DNA of 64,000 nucleotides from Euprymna scolopes. Lineage: Eukaryota. The notes under the pieces were generated by a model. That model was not told the DNA's origin, did not search any database, and saw nothing but the letters and a program-made list of their open reading frames with translations. The DNA is taken from NCBI GenBank assembly GCA_053919585.1, contig CM132785.1; one strand, written 5' to 3'. Below are positions 51,607-64,000 of this stretch, one piece after another (the first letter of the stretch is position 1; the number at the start of each line of letters is the position of its first letter). The translations under genes and the position numbers were made by a program.

Positions 51607-51645
<39 letters not shown>

Positions 51646-52534
51646 AAGAAGAAGGTAAGAGAAGAGGAAATGAACATCTGTGAATGATTGGACAGTATAA
51701 AGTTGGTTTCAGAAATTCTATAGTCGTAATCAAAGCTTTGAAAATGAAGGTTAATGACGATAATTTTCCTTCTTCCTCTCTGTCTTTTTCCTTCCTCTTT
51801 TTCTTTTTTTATCTTCTTTCTACCGCTCTTTCTCTTCAACTTCTTTCTCTTTTTTTCCTTCTTCCAATCTCTCTTCATTTTATAGAAATCGCTCAATACA
51901 AGGCATGAAAGCACTTGACGTAAGGAGCATAGAAAATACTACACCAAAGTAAAAAACTCGCTAACGGTAAGTGTTAGATATATTTCAGAAAACAACAATT
52001 CTACCATCGTCAGATAAATAGCCGATAGAATGTGAGAACTAAAAAACTATTTTCTTGATAATGAACATTTTGAAGCTTTTATTTACAAAGCTCTAGTTAA
52101 AGTGTTGAAAAAGGGCGAAAGCACTTGATAATATTGTAACAGTTTCTGACCATCTAAAAGAAATTAGTTGAAAAATCTCAATAAATTGGTTCCAAATTAG
52201 CTCAATGAATAAATAGTTGTTTCTGAAAATTAGTCATCATTTTCCGAATCAGTTAATACTTTATTCAAAATCAAAGACTATCAAATTGTGATTACACATT
52301 TCTAACGAAAAGTTAACATTTAGAATTTACAATGCAAATCCTGTGTGGATTAGTGATACGTGTACTTTTCTTTGAAGATCCGTACGATTGCTATAATAAA
52401 GGATGAACTAATCCAAAGCTGAATAATGTAAAAATCCTGTGTAAGATGATCAGGCAATTTAAAATCCATTTGAATTAAGTAAAAAATCAATTTCGAAATC
52501 TAGTTGGAGGGAGGGATGATTCCTTCTCTTCCTC

Positions 52535-52959
52535 ACAGATGCTGACCTTTCCTGACTTTTTGTTTCCTCATGGTCGATGCTCGACTGAGCTTCAATTTCT
52601 TGTTCCTCCCTCAAAACCATTCACAGCAAAACTCATCGTGCTACAACCTCTGAAAAATTTTCCTTTTATTTTTGTGTACTTGAAACTAAATGAAACTTCT
52701 ATGAACAAAGTTTGTTTCAAAGAACTTCACTTCTGTTGAATACAATAACATGGGGCTGCTTTCAATCTAACTACAGCACCGTCAGTTTCAAGTCCAATGA
52801 TAATAAATTCATGTAGAACCGTTTGTTTAAATAATCAAATTGTGTTCCATTTCACTCATCGTTTCCAATCTTTTCAAAATATTTTTCATTCTTATCCAAC
52901 AATCTCATTAATCCTTATACTCAAGTAGCCTTAGGTCTTGATAAGCGATGGCGCATTAG

Positions 52960-52960
<1 letters not shown>
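52535..52960 (+). mobile_element. CR1/Zenon-like LINE 3' fragment
   Basis: HGRCSTELQFLVPP...; TTCAAGTCCAATG; CCTTATACTCAAGTAGCC...CTTGATAAGCG; ends at (TA)n. Confidence 0.8.
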
Positions 52961-52990
<30 letters not shown>

Positions 52991-54365
52991 TTGTGTGTAT
53001 TTACACAGCAGTTGTTCATTTAAGCATACATTGTTACAAATAATTTTTCAGCTAAATTAGACATTTTATTTTAAAAATTTTTCTGATGATCCATTTTGTT
53101 TTAAAATCAGAACCACTAATGTATGTCCATAGATATCATGAACGTTTTCGATTATTTGTGGACTCATCATAAGGAAGAAAAGCAAATGAACAAAAAAGTT
53201 GGAGAAAAGAAGGCGATGTAAAAGGCACCTTAGAAACGGTCACATCAAGTCAGTTAAATGCCAAAAGAACGTTTACACACTGTTCCAGGAAATATTTTCA
53301 CACTTTAAATTCTGCAACACAATAATCAGTGTCACAGGATGCATATATATATATATATATATATATTAAAATGTTGGGAGAGAGTGAAAAAGATGGTAAG
53401 AATCCATGCTTGATGAGCTCATAGTGGAAGAAACAGATAAACCTAGTCTAAATTGGTAATGAGTCACACTCGTATGGGAAAGAAAAAAATAGCCCCCTCG
53501 AGTGATAGAAATTGGAGCTGGGTGCAGCAGGGAATGATAAGTGAAAGTTGGGACAGGCAGATAATTGAGCAACTCAAAACTGCTGGACATTTATGTTGAA
53601 AACAATGAAGGGAAAGATGACCATTGATTGGCTCTGGGGTTCCTGAAAATGATGGGTGGTAAGAGATGTTGGTGGCATTGCAGGGTCGGTGCTGTTGCTA
53701 CTGTACGTGCATGACACGGTGGTAATTTCCAAGACTAAATGGCATCATGCCGGGCTAATAAGCACCAGGTGGCAGTTAATACCATTTTCCTTATCTGCCG
53801 AGAGATGAGGGTTATTTGCAAGGCACAAATTTCTTAACAGGGTTGCAAATATTATTCATTGGCTTTCAGTCTCTGAAGTAAATGAAAAGAGGGGGGGGGG
53901 CGCAAGAGTACGGGAAGGGAAGATGCAAAAGCTGAGAGAGAAGATGGAAGTGGTGGTGGTGGTGGCTGGAGGGAATAGGTGATATTGGAAAATCATGCAA
54001 GATGAAAAGAAAAAAAAAAAAAAAGTAAACAGTAAACCAGAAGAGGGAGAAAAAAAGAAACAAGAAGATGGGAAAAAGAAAAGGAAGTATCATTATTAAA
54101 GTGAAAAAGTTGTAGAAATAGAAAGATGGCCGCGGTGTGGAGGAGTGAAGTGATCCAAACACCCTGTTGATTGCCGGCATGGTGCTAATAAGATTAGACT
54201 GAATGAAATGAGTATTTCTTCAGTCTGCTATTCTCAAGAGGAACCCCTCCCACCTACTTCTGCTGCACCGAGAGGATACTATCACATCCTCTAGTTGTTG
54301 CTGTTGACACAGCATCAGACTGCAACGAAAAATAAATACTTGCACACACACACACACACACACAA

Positions 54366-54407
<42 letters not shown>

Positions 54408-54765
54408 TGATGGCAGCCTTCTGTCTAATGAGACAATGGAGTTCTGCATCTAGTTCTACATCTGTTGTGGCTATACAGTTCGAAGCTGGAATAGGCTCCC
54501 CGAATGCAAGCCTGGATGGGTAATAAGAAGACCTAGGTTTGCCCAGTTTCCAGAGTCCCCTTCTCGGTGTTGCAGACGAAGTCCAACGGAAAAGTTAGCT
54601 AATGCAGTCAGAAGCAGCGCTACGGCAGAAGTTGCCGGAAAGGTATTGCATTACTTCACCATCCGCCTATCGGGACTCTGAAAACTGATTGGGAGTGGGG
54701 GTACTCCCTTAGCCTTTGCCAAGACATCCACAATGTAGTGGAATTATTTACCCATACCTGGTTAA
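54408..54765 (-). mobile_element. RTE-derived non-autonomous element/SINE
   Basis: The minus strand ends CCATTGTCTCATTAGACAGAAGGCTGCCATC, resembling RTE 3' termini (recognised from memory). The rest is GC-rich and 5'-UTR-like. Confidence 0.45.
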
Positions 54766-56363
54766 ATTTTTAAAATATTTCCAATTTTGACGATATATAT
54801 TAGCAGAGCTAGCCAACGTTTCCCAGGGCAAAAGTGTAATATATTTCTATTAAAACTTCTATTTCTTTCTTTTTCCCTTACTGTTTCCCGTTCTTCTCCC
54901 CAACAACTTCCGTTTTTCTTCGCCCATGCCATTTCTATGTCTGGATATACACACTCACACATGCAGCCAACTCTCCGTTATATAGATTCATTGATGACTG
55001 AATCGACATAAGGGAATTAACTCCTTGAAAAAAAATCAGATTTGGTTAGTGGCTGCTAAACAGACTCTCTCTCTGACGAAATCTGTGCCAGTTTAGGGTA
55101 AAAGAATGAATAATGAATGCTTTACTATATTTTAGGTATTATTTATACAGGGCAACACCAATCAAGAAAATACTTACTTTGTGGGCATTTCTTTTGGCGT
55201 TATTTAGTTTTCGCTTGACATAACATACATACATACATACAGACAACTGCCATTTATATCATAGAAGATAATTATTCATTTTCAGTAGTCTTTTCCATCT
55301 TGCACATCAGTGCTAACATCCACAAATAAGGCCTTAATTATTAGTTACTTGCCTCTCAATGCGCATAGAGTTGAACATCAAATCTGTTTTTAATGTTGTG
55401 AAATGTCCAGCTCCCCAATAAAAGGCCTTCCAGATTTTATAAATATGAAATTGTCCCAGTCGAGAAAGATTTCTGAACAAATTTGTATGAACAACCGTAT
55501 CACACATCACAAAGAAAAAAAATTAAAAATTAAAATATAAAACCATTCGGCTACCAACGTAAACATGAAAGTCCCATCCAAACAGTTGTACATAGTTCTT
55601 TTTTGCTCCTTTGACAAAGAGATTTATCTAAAAAAAAAAAAAAAATTGGGAAATACACAACACCTAACATCTTGTGTGACACGTTATGTTGATAAATAAA
55701 ATAAATATAATATTATTGAAATTTGTTCAATATGTTCATTATTCTTTTATCTTTTTACAATGTTCCCACACAAAACTGCATTGCTATAGCCTTCAAACAC
55801 AATTGCTTTCATAGTGCTATATTCATTGTTTACACTCGTCTTGGGGCGAGTATTCTACTAGTATATATTTAACTTATGTTTACCTACCTAGTTGCTTAAC
55901 AGCTGCCAATGTTTTTTTCTAAAAAATAGAACATTGTAAAGCAAGTAAAAGGCACCCAATATCAGATTGAAAGGAAAGAAGGCGAAAGATCTAAACATTT
56001 TTTGTCTGCCAACCGATTTAGGAAATCAATTTTCTCCACAATTATAATTCATTAGAATCTGGAAATTTTCCACACACTGACATAAATAAGTATACTTTTC
56101 AAGAAAAACAAAATTGAGGCCATATAGACTAAAATGAAAGATAGCTACAACAACGAATGATATCAGCAAGAAAACTACATTGAAGAAACATTAATACCCA
56201 GTTCAGATATGTATGAAAAAATAAAAATAAAAGTAGCATACAGCACCTTGTGTTACAGTTTGAAAGAAACGTGCGTCCTAGTATAAGTTTATGCATGTAA
56301 AAATTTATTTATAACAGATAGATATATAAATATATAAATGCAACTTACTGCATGCACTCTCTA

Positions 56364-56770
56364 TCATCTACCTATACCTACATCCCCTCTTGTTTTGACT
56401 TAGAAATTTTCAATTGAATACAATCTGAGATGCCTTGGTCTATAGGATTCTCATCTACCTATACCTACATCCCCTCTTGTTTGGACTTAGAAATTTTTAA
56501 TTGAATACAATCTGAGATGTCTTGGTCTATAGGATTCTCATCTACCTATACCTACATCCCCTCTTGTTTGGACTTAGAAATTTTTAATTGAATACAATCT
56601 GAGATGCCTTGGTCTATAGGATTCTCATCTACCTATACCTACATCCCCTCTTGTTTGGACTTAGAAATTTTCAATTGAATACAATCTGAGATGTCTTGGT
56701 CTATAGGATTCTCATCTACCTATACCTACATCCCCTCTTGTTTGAACTTAGAAATTTTAATTTGAATACA
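56364..56770. repeat. 87-bp tandem repeat, ~4.7 copies
   Basis: Units start at 56364, 56451, 56538, 56625 and 56712 and are near-identical. Confidence 0.97.
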
Positions 56771-57103
56771 GTGGCAGCGTTCCTATGCTACCTACAACCA
56801 CTACTAACAATTCCCCCTAATCTCTATCGGTGCCTCAATCTAAATGCAAATTCCATCAACAAAGCTTCTTTCCTAGAACTACTTGCCTCTGTACGTTGGC
56901 GTACTTCCCAGATGACTACAACATGGTCGTCTTCAAGTCAAATGTAAATGAGTTCTTAGTGTCGCGCCACCTAAAATAATAAAATTCTACCTAATTTCCA
57001 CCACTACCGTTCATTATGCTGTTTTCTCAGTGACCACCTTAAACTTATTAACCCTTATCCTTGAATAGCCTTCGGACCTTGATAAGCGGTGACTCCCATG
57101 TAA
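56771..57103 (+). mobile_element. CR1/Zenon-like LINE 3' fragment
   Basis: AAAGCTTCTTTCCTAGAACT...CTTCAAGTCAAATGTAAA...CCCTTATCCTTGAATAGCC...CCTTGATAAGCGGTGACTCCCATGTAAA. Confidence 0.85.
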
Positions 57104-57687
57104 ATATATATATATATATATGTATGTATATTATATAATATTTCTTGTGAGCAAGAAAGGAACACTTTTTTTGTAGAATGGGAAATATTTAGCATTTCAC
57201 AGCCACACAAGTACGAAAGCAATCAAATTATTGCATAGAAAACCAGAAAGAGATGGAAGATGTGCACATATGCACGCATATCAAAGACAATAGATGCTTG
57301 CAAATACAAAGTGATCAGACACATACGTAACAATAAAAGATAGAAATCTGTGATGTCTCCCTTCTGCCTTGGAACGCACGCCAACCATCACCAAAGGAAA
57401 CATTCACGCTTCCTTGTCTTCCTTCTTAGCTTCAACCTTTGTGCCTCAGAAATGCTGCTCATCGCTTGACTCGCATAAAAACAGAAGGTGATGAAGAAAA
57501 ACAATAGCAAAGTTGGAGCGAAATAGAGAAACTGATGAGGTGGCTTCTCTATAAATATGAATGACAGAGTGTGAAGAATGAAGAGAGAGATAGGAAATGA
57601 TGAGAGAGACAAGTGGAGATGAAAAAGAAAAAAAAGAAAATTGAAAGAGAGAAACAACGTAAAGAACATACCTAGAAATATATAAAA

Positions 57688-57948
57688 CTAGATTATTTAT
57701 CCGGCGTTGCTCGGGAGTCTTATTTTTAAATTCTTTTCCCCTAATTTACCTCCCACTACAATCTTTGCATTTTCTCTTGATGAATTTTTTGCAAATACAT
57801 AACAAACCAACGAAAATGCATATCAGACTGACAAAATTACATTTCCAAAATTAAGTGTGACAAAAATACTATTTCATATGACAGACCAAAGAAAAATTTC
57901 AGACTTAAGCATAACAGACTGATGGAATTTTTATTTTATATATATATG
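57688..57948 (-). mobile_element. Short non-autonomous Helitron
   Basis: The minus strand ends CCCGAGCAACGCCGGA...TCTAG|T; the 5' end is TATATATATAAAATAAAAA. Confidence 0.6.
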
Positions 57949-58429
57949 CGACAGAACAAATGGATTAAAGTTCTTATAAAAATGCTTGGGAACATTAATT
58001 CAATCTGCTTGTCTCACTATAAAAATGCCTTTATCAATCTGAAGCATAACTAACCAACCAATGGACAGTGTTATATATGATAGAAAAATAAGCGCGTATA
58101 TACATTGACAGTGGAATAACAAAACAAAACGAGGTATGAAAATCATGAAATTTGATTAAAAGAAAGAACATAAAAGCCGGAAAGAATAAGAGACTAAAGA
58201 TCCTCTTGTCGTAGATGGTTTTCTAAGTAATGACTTCATTATTTCAGCACAGTCTGTAAACTGCACAAAAGGCTTCTTTTTTTTTCATTGAAATTGCGGT
58301 ATATATATAATTATGTTTTCCCTTAATTTAAAATTTTTTGTTAGCTTTCTAATAATCCTAGTTTACATAACATGTCCGGAATATTCCGATGAGAATACAA
58401 TCCCTATTCTGCATGAGTATCAGAGAATC

Positions 58430-58680
58430 ATTTTCTTATCTTTTCGTTTTCCTTGGAGATGAGGCATCCTACTGGATACCAGAAATTCACTCACTATTTC
58501 AGAGATCCAAACGGAGAGATCTTTTTGAGATTCTAACCGTCCCTTTAAGGGTAAGTGTTTTTATTTCTCTTGCACTTGGTTTACCGGGTATATTCACAAA
58601 TACGTTTAAATTTTTTTCATGAATCCAGTTGCTCTTATGATTACAGAAATTATGAAGATCTTTCTAAGATGCGTCCATTC
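58430..58680 (-). mobile_element. Dong/R4-like LINE 3' end, copy 3
   Basis: Reverse complement gives GAGCAACTGGATTCATG...AATATACCCGGTAAACCAAGTGCAA...TAAAGGGACGGTTAGAATC...GGTATCCAGTAGGATGC. Confidence 0.8.
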
Positions 58681-60059
58681 AAACAAGTGTGATAGATCAA
58701 GTTGATTGAAGATATAAAAGGAGTGGCGTACAGTGGTGGTTGTGGTGGGGGCATACAATCATATTCAAACTCTAATCATATGTATTAACACTATGACGTT
58801 CAATTGAGTCTTTAGTATAAAAAAATCAAGGAGTTGATCTGATCTCTGCATGCCACTGATGTGGACACGTCTAATGATGCTACTTGAAATTCAAAACTTA
58901 TGAAAGGCATGGAACTGATATGTGGAAAGAACGTGTTCTCAAAAAATCACGACAGCGTCGTGTAATCACGTTCTTTTTATTGTCTTGGGTTAAATGTGAC
59001 AACAGCATTTACTTGTATACTAGCTGGTTGCCCGGTCGTACGATACGCTTAAAAATGATATTTTAATTTATGCAGATTGGATATGTATTTTTATAGAACC
59101 AATCCTCTATTGATAATTATATATTATGAATAATAATTTGCCCGGTGGACTAATTCGTAAAAAAAAAAAAAAATAAATAAATAAAAATAAAAAATAATAA
59201 TGATAATGTCGTTCATCAAATTCTGTCTTTGTTGGTTTACAATATCACGTCAGTGATATTAGGTCTTGACGATGAATGCCCTGGAAAAATCACTTCTGAT
59301 TAATGTTCAGTTTTAAAATGTGCAAATGAAGAAATGACTGAGCTACACAGCAAAATGAAAAGAAGGTGCATCTAAAAATATGACTATATCAGTAATTTCT
59401 CAAATATTTTCTATAGAAAAAAATCGTTAAGATTTTTTTTTTCGCATTGCCTTTGGCTGGTTATATATTTAACTTAAACCCGGTTTCCCCTTAAGTCCGG
59501 TAAGGGAAGTTCAATACCGATGCCCCTATCAAAGGTAGATTTCCCGGATGTCAGTGTGAAGAAGCAAAATGGAAAAGAACACATATTTGTCTTGGATTCT
59601 GGGAGACTGATTGATTGAACTGGGAAAAAATATTCTGTAGACTCCTTCAGAATTTTTTTTAATGTACAAGGCTAATTGAAAAGATTCAAGGAGGAGGAAA
59701 AGGAGGACAATAATATCCGTGACCTGTCAGTGCCAGACCCCTTGGATTTGATGGAGAGTTGGCAATAGCTGGAGACAAACAAATCGAACACAGTCAGTTC
59801 TATTTTTTAAATTCAGAACAACTGACTTTTTCCACGGATTGGAAGTTGATTTGGGGAGTTTGCCTCAGAATCCCTTGAGGAATTAGAATTGTGAGGTTTC
59901 TATTTAACCAGTAATAGACGCAGTCATGCACAGTAAATACAATCAAGTTAGCAAATAACAGGAAATTTGATAAACTCTTTGTTATTTTTGGCAATGGAAT
60001 TTTTTAAATTAAGTGAATTCAGACAATTTTAAATTTTCAATTCTTTACATGCAGTCAAC

Positions 60060-60245
60060 TTGAAACGGCGCAGGCAGATTAGAGTGCTCATTAATTGGCT
60101 GGAACACCAGGGTTCAATCCTCGATCAAATCATACCAAAGTCACAAAAAATAATACTTGATGTCGCTTTGCTGAACACTAAACATTATAAAGTGATAATG
60201 ATCAAGGTAAGTGGAGCGATCCCAAAAAAGAAATGGTTCCCTTAT
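60060..60245 (+). mobile_element. tRNA-derived SINE with Meta-like central domain
   Basis: B-box GGTTCAATCC, followed by TCATACCAAAG..CAAAAAAT..TACTTGATG..GCT..ACACT...CATTATAA...ATCAAGG.AAGTGGAGC.ATCC (domain recognised from memory). Confidence 0.6.
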
Positions 60246-60409
60246 CTAGATATTCGTATAATAGTTAACAAATATATATATATTTATTTATATTTATATA
60301 TAGGTATGTATATGCTTGTCAAGCCATTTATTTTATATGTTAGTTTTCTGCAAATATCTTTGTAATCATTCTAAAAAGTCATTTCAACTAATTTGTATTA
60401 TTTATAATA

Positions 60410-60866
60410 TAATGACTACTGTTCTCATCCTGAGTGTTATTCTCACAACGTTTCGGCCGAAGAAGTCAACCTTCTTCAGATGTATTGTGTGGAAATCGGA
60501 AATCGTTCTGCCAAAATGTGAAATCAATACAAAATTTTCAACAAAACTCTTTATTCAATCCACGGGAGTAGCCTGGTCTTGTTCCGTCGGTCACAACCGG
60601 GTATGGCATAAGTAATTTGCAATTGCATCTTTAGTGTCGCCTGCACTGAAGATTGAACCTTCAACCTCCAGAACAGTGTTCCTTATAACTGAATTTTACT
60701 TTATCCATTTGCCATGGGTCCAGAGTTTGACAAGATACATGATATGTCTGAAGAAGGTCGGAGGTAACACCGGCCGAAAGGTTGTGAAAATAACACTTAA
60801 GATGAAAACAGTAGTCCGAATAATCGTAGTACAAATTATCGGTCCTCATCTCAAAAATAAGAGCCA
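60410..60866. mobile_element. Penelope-like family B fold-back element with two inverted hammerheads
   Basis: Minus-strand HHR CAU CUGAAGA A GGUUGA-CUUCU-UCGGCC GAAA CGUU GUG (~60444-60482, intact). Plus-strand HHR at ~60745-60786 (C15.2>G). Tail CCTCATCTCAAAAAT at right. Confidence 0.85.
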
Positions 60867-61279
60867 TTATTAAAATAAACGTTTTTTTAAGATAAAGTTT
60901 ATAAACTGGATATATAATCAAGTCTGCAATTCCAAACAGGTTAAAGTCAATACAGTTTAAAGTTAATTTTAAATACATAAAATATGTTCAAAACTCATTG
61001 GTGCAACTCATTTATAATTATTTAGTTATTCTATGACTGAAATATATCAATTTAACTGCTCGATAAAAATGCTTATTTCGTTTCTATACGTCAATTAAGC
61101 AGTAAACTCAGTCTCATATCAAAATCCTATTATCAAACTATCATAAGCTGCCTATAAAATTTTCAATATCATTGTAATGTGACTATGAAAAACATAAGAT
61201 GACAAGTTTAAATAACTGACTGTATTATACTTATGTATCTGAAGAAAATCAAGATAAAATAAAACTCTGCCATGTATAT

Positions 61280-61520
61280 ACTATATACTGACCCCGTACA
61301 CTCTTAGGAGGCAACAGATATCCTCTGTAAAGGGTGCCTATGCAAAGGTTGCACATTCCCCAATCACTTCCCTCCTGAGTCGGTACGGCCTGATTCCAGT
61401 GGCAAGAAGTAGTCCAGGACGACTGAAAACTGCTAAGATAAACATACAGCACCTGGTATTCCCAAATAGTCACCAATTTTAATACAGACCAGGCTCAACG
61501 TCTATTAGTTTTGGCAACCA
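61280..61520 (-). mobile_element. 5S-derived SINE with a different body
   Basis: Minus strand ACGTTGAGCCTGGTC...GGTGACTATTTGGGAATACCAGGTGCTGTA is the 5S 3' half; the body is unrelated to the other two copies. Confidence 0.7.
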
Positions 61521-61739
61521 TTATACATGGGTGTGTGTGTGTTATCTCCATTTTAAAATCAATAGCTAATTTAAAACTTTAAACTTAAAATATAATGCAT
61601 ATAAAAAAGGAAGCAAAAATATGATCCTTGCAATTTCATACATCAATCTAACCATAAAGTTTGTGGAAGGACCGTGTTTACATATTTACATAGATGTAAT
61701 AAGAAAAATTGATTAGTGGTCTTTATCAAGTTCCTGCCC

Positions 61740-62250
61740 GAATGTTGGTAGTATTTGTATTTGCCAAACAGACACGATATGAAGATGAGGAGGAGCAGAG
61801 GTTGATAAGAGGACAAAATATAGAGAAATCAAGCTGGGATGACTAAATAGTCTCTTTGGGTAGATCCAATTGAACAGGAATATCCCATCATAGAGTTCCT
61901 AGGAATCAAGTAAACTCAGTTGGAAAGGGAAGGAGAGAGATGGAGGCTGACTTGATCTCGGTTTCTAATCTATCAAAGATGGAAGCTGAACATGAGGAGT
62001 TGATGTGACAGTTGATCCTTGGAGGTTCCTGGAATTATCTTTTATGTTCCTTCTTGGCTCATCATCGCATAAAGTAGTTAATTTGATACCTGCAGTGAGA
62101 TGATGTACAAAAGAAAGGGCTGCCTTCATACTATGATTAATCTTAACAATACGACAATGCACCCTGAAAGTAGGAGGTAATGACCGGGAGAACAGTGTTA
62201 TGCTCTCCAAACAGATAATACAATATTCCATTCAATTGAGCATTGGACGA
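61740..62250 (-). mobile_element. Highly degraded CR1/Zenon-like LINE fragment
   Basis: MEYC... start, weak LQP/LSF remnants and an AGAGTTCC..GGAAxxAAG tail motif. Confidence 0.35.
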
Positions 62251-62634
62251 TTATACATTAATCTGAAATAGTAGACGGAATTGAACATTAATAAAAATAA
62301 TAGTATAGTTTCGGTTTCAGACTGATACACAATCAATATAGTCAGCGAAAGGTTGTAATATTGGAAAACTCTGAATTAGATGGTTTAAATTTTATTAAAA
62401 ACGTACATACTTATTTGAAGTTTTGAAAAGACTTCTGTCCCCATGGGTCCATTTAGAATTGAAGGCACACACACACCTGTCCAAGTCTGATGAAATTACT
62501 GGATCGTTGATACGATTCGGTAGCAGAAACATGTGTAATTAAACAGATAAAACGGTAATAAGTTAAAAAAAAAATATATTTACTTTGCAATAGTATTGAG
62601 CACCTTCTTCAAGTTTTACTATTTACCAGTTCTG

Positions 62635-62669
<35 letters not shown>

Positions 62670-64000
62670 CAACTCATTAAGAGTAACATAGAAATTACAG
62701 ACCACTACCATTCTCTTCCCTGAAGAATTTTATGCATATGATATAAATTTCATCAAAATAAGATATATTTAAAGTCTTAAAAGAGATTAAGCCCCCCCCC
62801 TCGCTTTGTAAAAGAGTGTAGATGCGGGTGTGACTGCTGTATGCAAATGACCAAATCATATACGATGTGATGTCACGGCAAGGAAAAAAGGAAAAAGATT
62901 ATAAAAAGAATGTATGTGCAGATTGAGGATCACATTAAAGAAGAACATAGACGTGTTACGCATGGTGACCGAGGCTGGAAATAAATGTTTGGAAATAAAT
63001 GTTGGCTGTTTCACTAAGAAAAAAAAAGCGAGTCGAATTATTCCTTGTCATTTGTTTTCGTGTGACAAACTCTGCTAGTAACACGTGTGTAACGTTACAG
63101 CTCCTTTAGATTAAGATGATCTTAAAAAAAAATTACTTGGACTTCGTGAAATCAGAAACGTTAGTAGAATTTTACCCATGTTAAGAAGAGAAGGGAAATA
63201 TATTACTACTATACTAATTCATCATTTATTAAGTGGAAGAAACTATTCAAGGTTAGACGTTAATGAGATAGATTGGGTGTTGAATGATGATGAATAGTAT
63301 AAGATGGTTGAAAATTTTACATACCACCCACTTTAAACTACAGCTGGACGAGAAAACAGTGATTCTTCCCCCTATGTCAGAAACGCCATTCATGGAATGT
63401 GAGGACTAAAGAACAAAATAGGAAGGAAAGTAAGAGCTGCTATAAAGATGATAGCAGGGTGAACAAAGGGATTTGACAATTCATTTTGAATCCATATGTA
63501 CACAAAGAAAGATAAGTAATGATAGATAAAACATTCTTTAGATTAATAGGTTTGAAGTAATTATTGGAAGAAAACGCTTTTTACTCATGGGGAATTTATA
63601 ATAAATTCTCTTTATCAAGAGTCTAAATTAAATTTTTTCAAGTCAGTTTATATTCCAGATTTCGAAATTGGGAGAAAAATGCATTTTCTAAATTTAGAAT
63701 TTCTTCCTTTTATTTGTTCGTTTTTAAATTCCTACAATAGTATAAAGATAAGCAGAAGTTTTGTGTTAATCATATATTGAAAATCAAATAATGCAAAAAA
63801 AAAAAAAAAAAAAGGTGGGGTAATTAATGCATGCAGACGGTATGATTTATGATTTGATGTAGACGCACAGAAATACCAGCCAATATGTTGCGACTGATAA
63901 GAAATGAAGTAGCTTAGGTCGAACTAAAAGAGAAAGAAACATTAAGCAATGCTTTAAGGTTGAAAAGATCAGCTAATCTATCGGCCATCTTTATGAAATT

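Noticed and set aside
56364-56770. Possible CRISPR array or 29-aa coding repeat
   Set aside because: No unique spacers, eukaryotic context, and in-frame stops in the frame checked (the ORF track shows no ORF across the array).
63842-63851. TGATTTATGA Pbx-Hox site and many CATAAA motifs suggesting a Hox-cluster interval
   Set aside because: Expected by chance in AT-rich DNA; I found no homeobox exon or miR-10.

Overview
Strongly AT-rich, repeat-dense animal DNA. The repeat spectrum suggests an invertebrate, probably a mollusc or cephalopod, but that assignment is my inference. I find no host protein-coding gene I can support. Almost all ORF-track entries are low-complexity or microsatellite artefacts, or decayed transposon fragments, so the window looks like a large intron or gene desert. 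It contains 5'-truncated LINEs (CR1/Zenon-like, CR1/L2, Dong/R4-like, RTE), 5S- and tRNA-derived SINEs, internally deleted mariner and DD41D elements, Tc1 and hAT MITEs with target-site duplications (TSDs), Helitrons including a tandem array of 3' ends, mini- and microsatellites, long purine-rich tracts, and several unique GC-richer islands that look like enhancers or promoters. The most striking signal is a set of at least four families of short fold-back elements whose inverted arms carry hammerhead ribozyme (HHR) motifs, in Penelope-like pLTR architecture. One is a ~170-bp palindrome at 30681-30849 made of two head-to-head hammerheads: one has an intact catalytic core, and helix I shows a compensatory base-pair change between the two copies.
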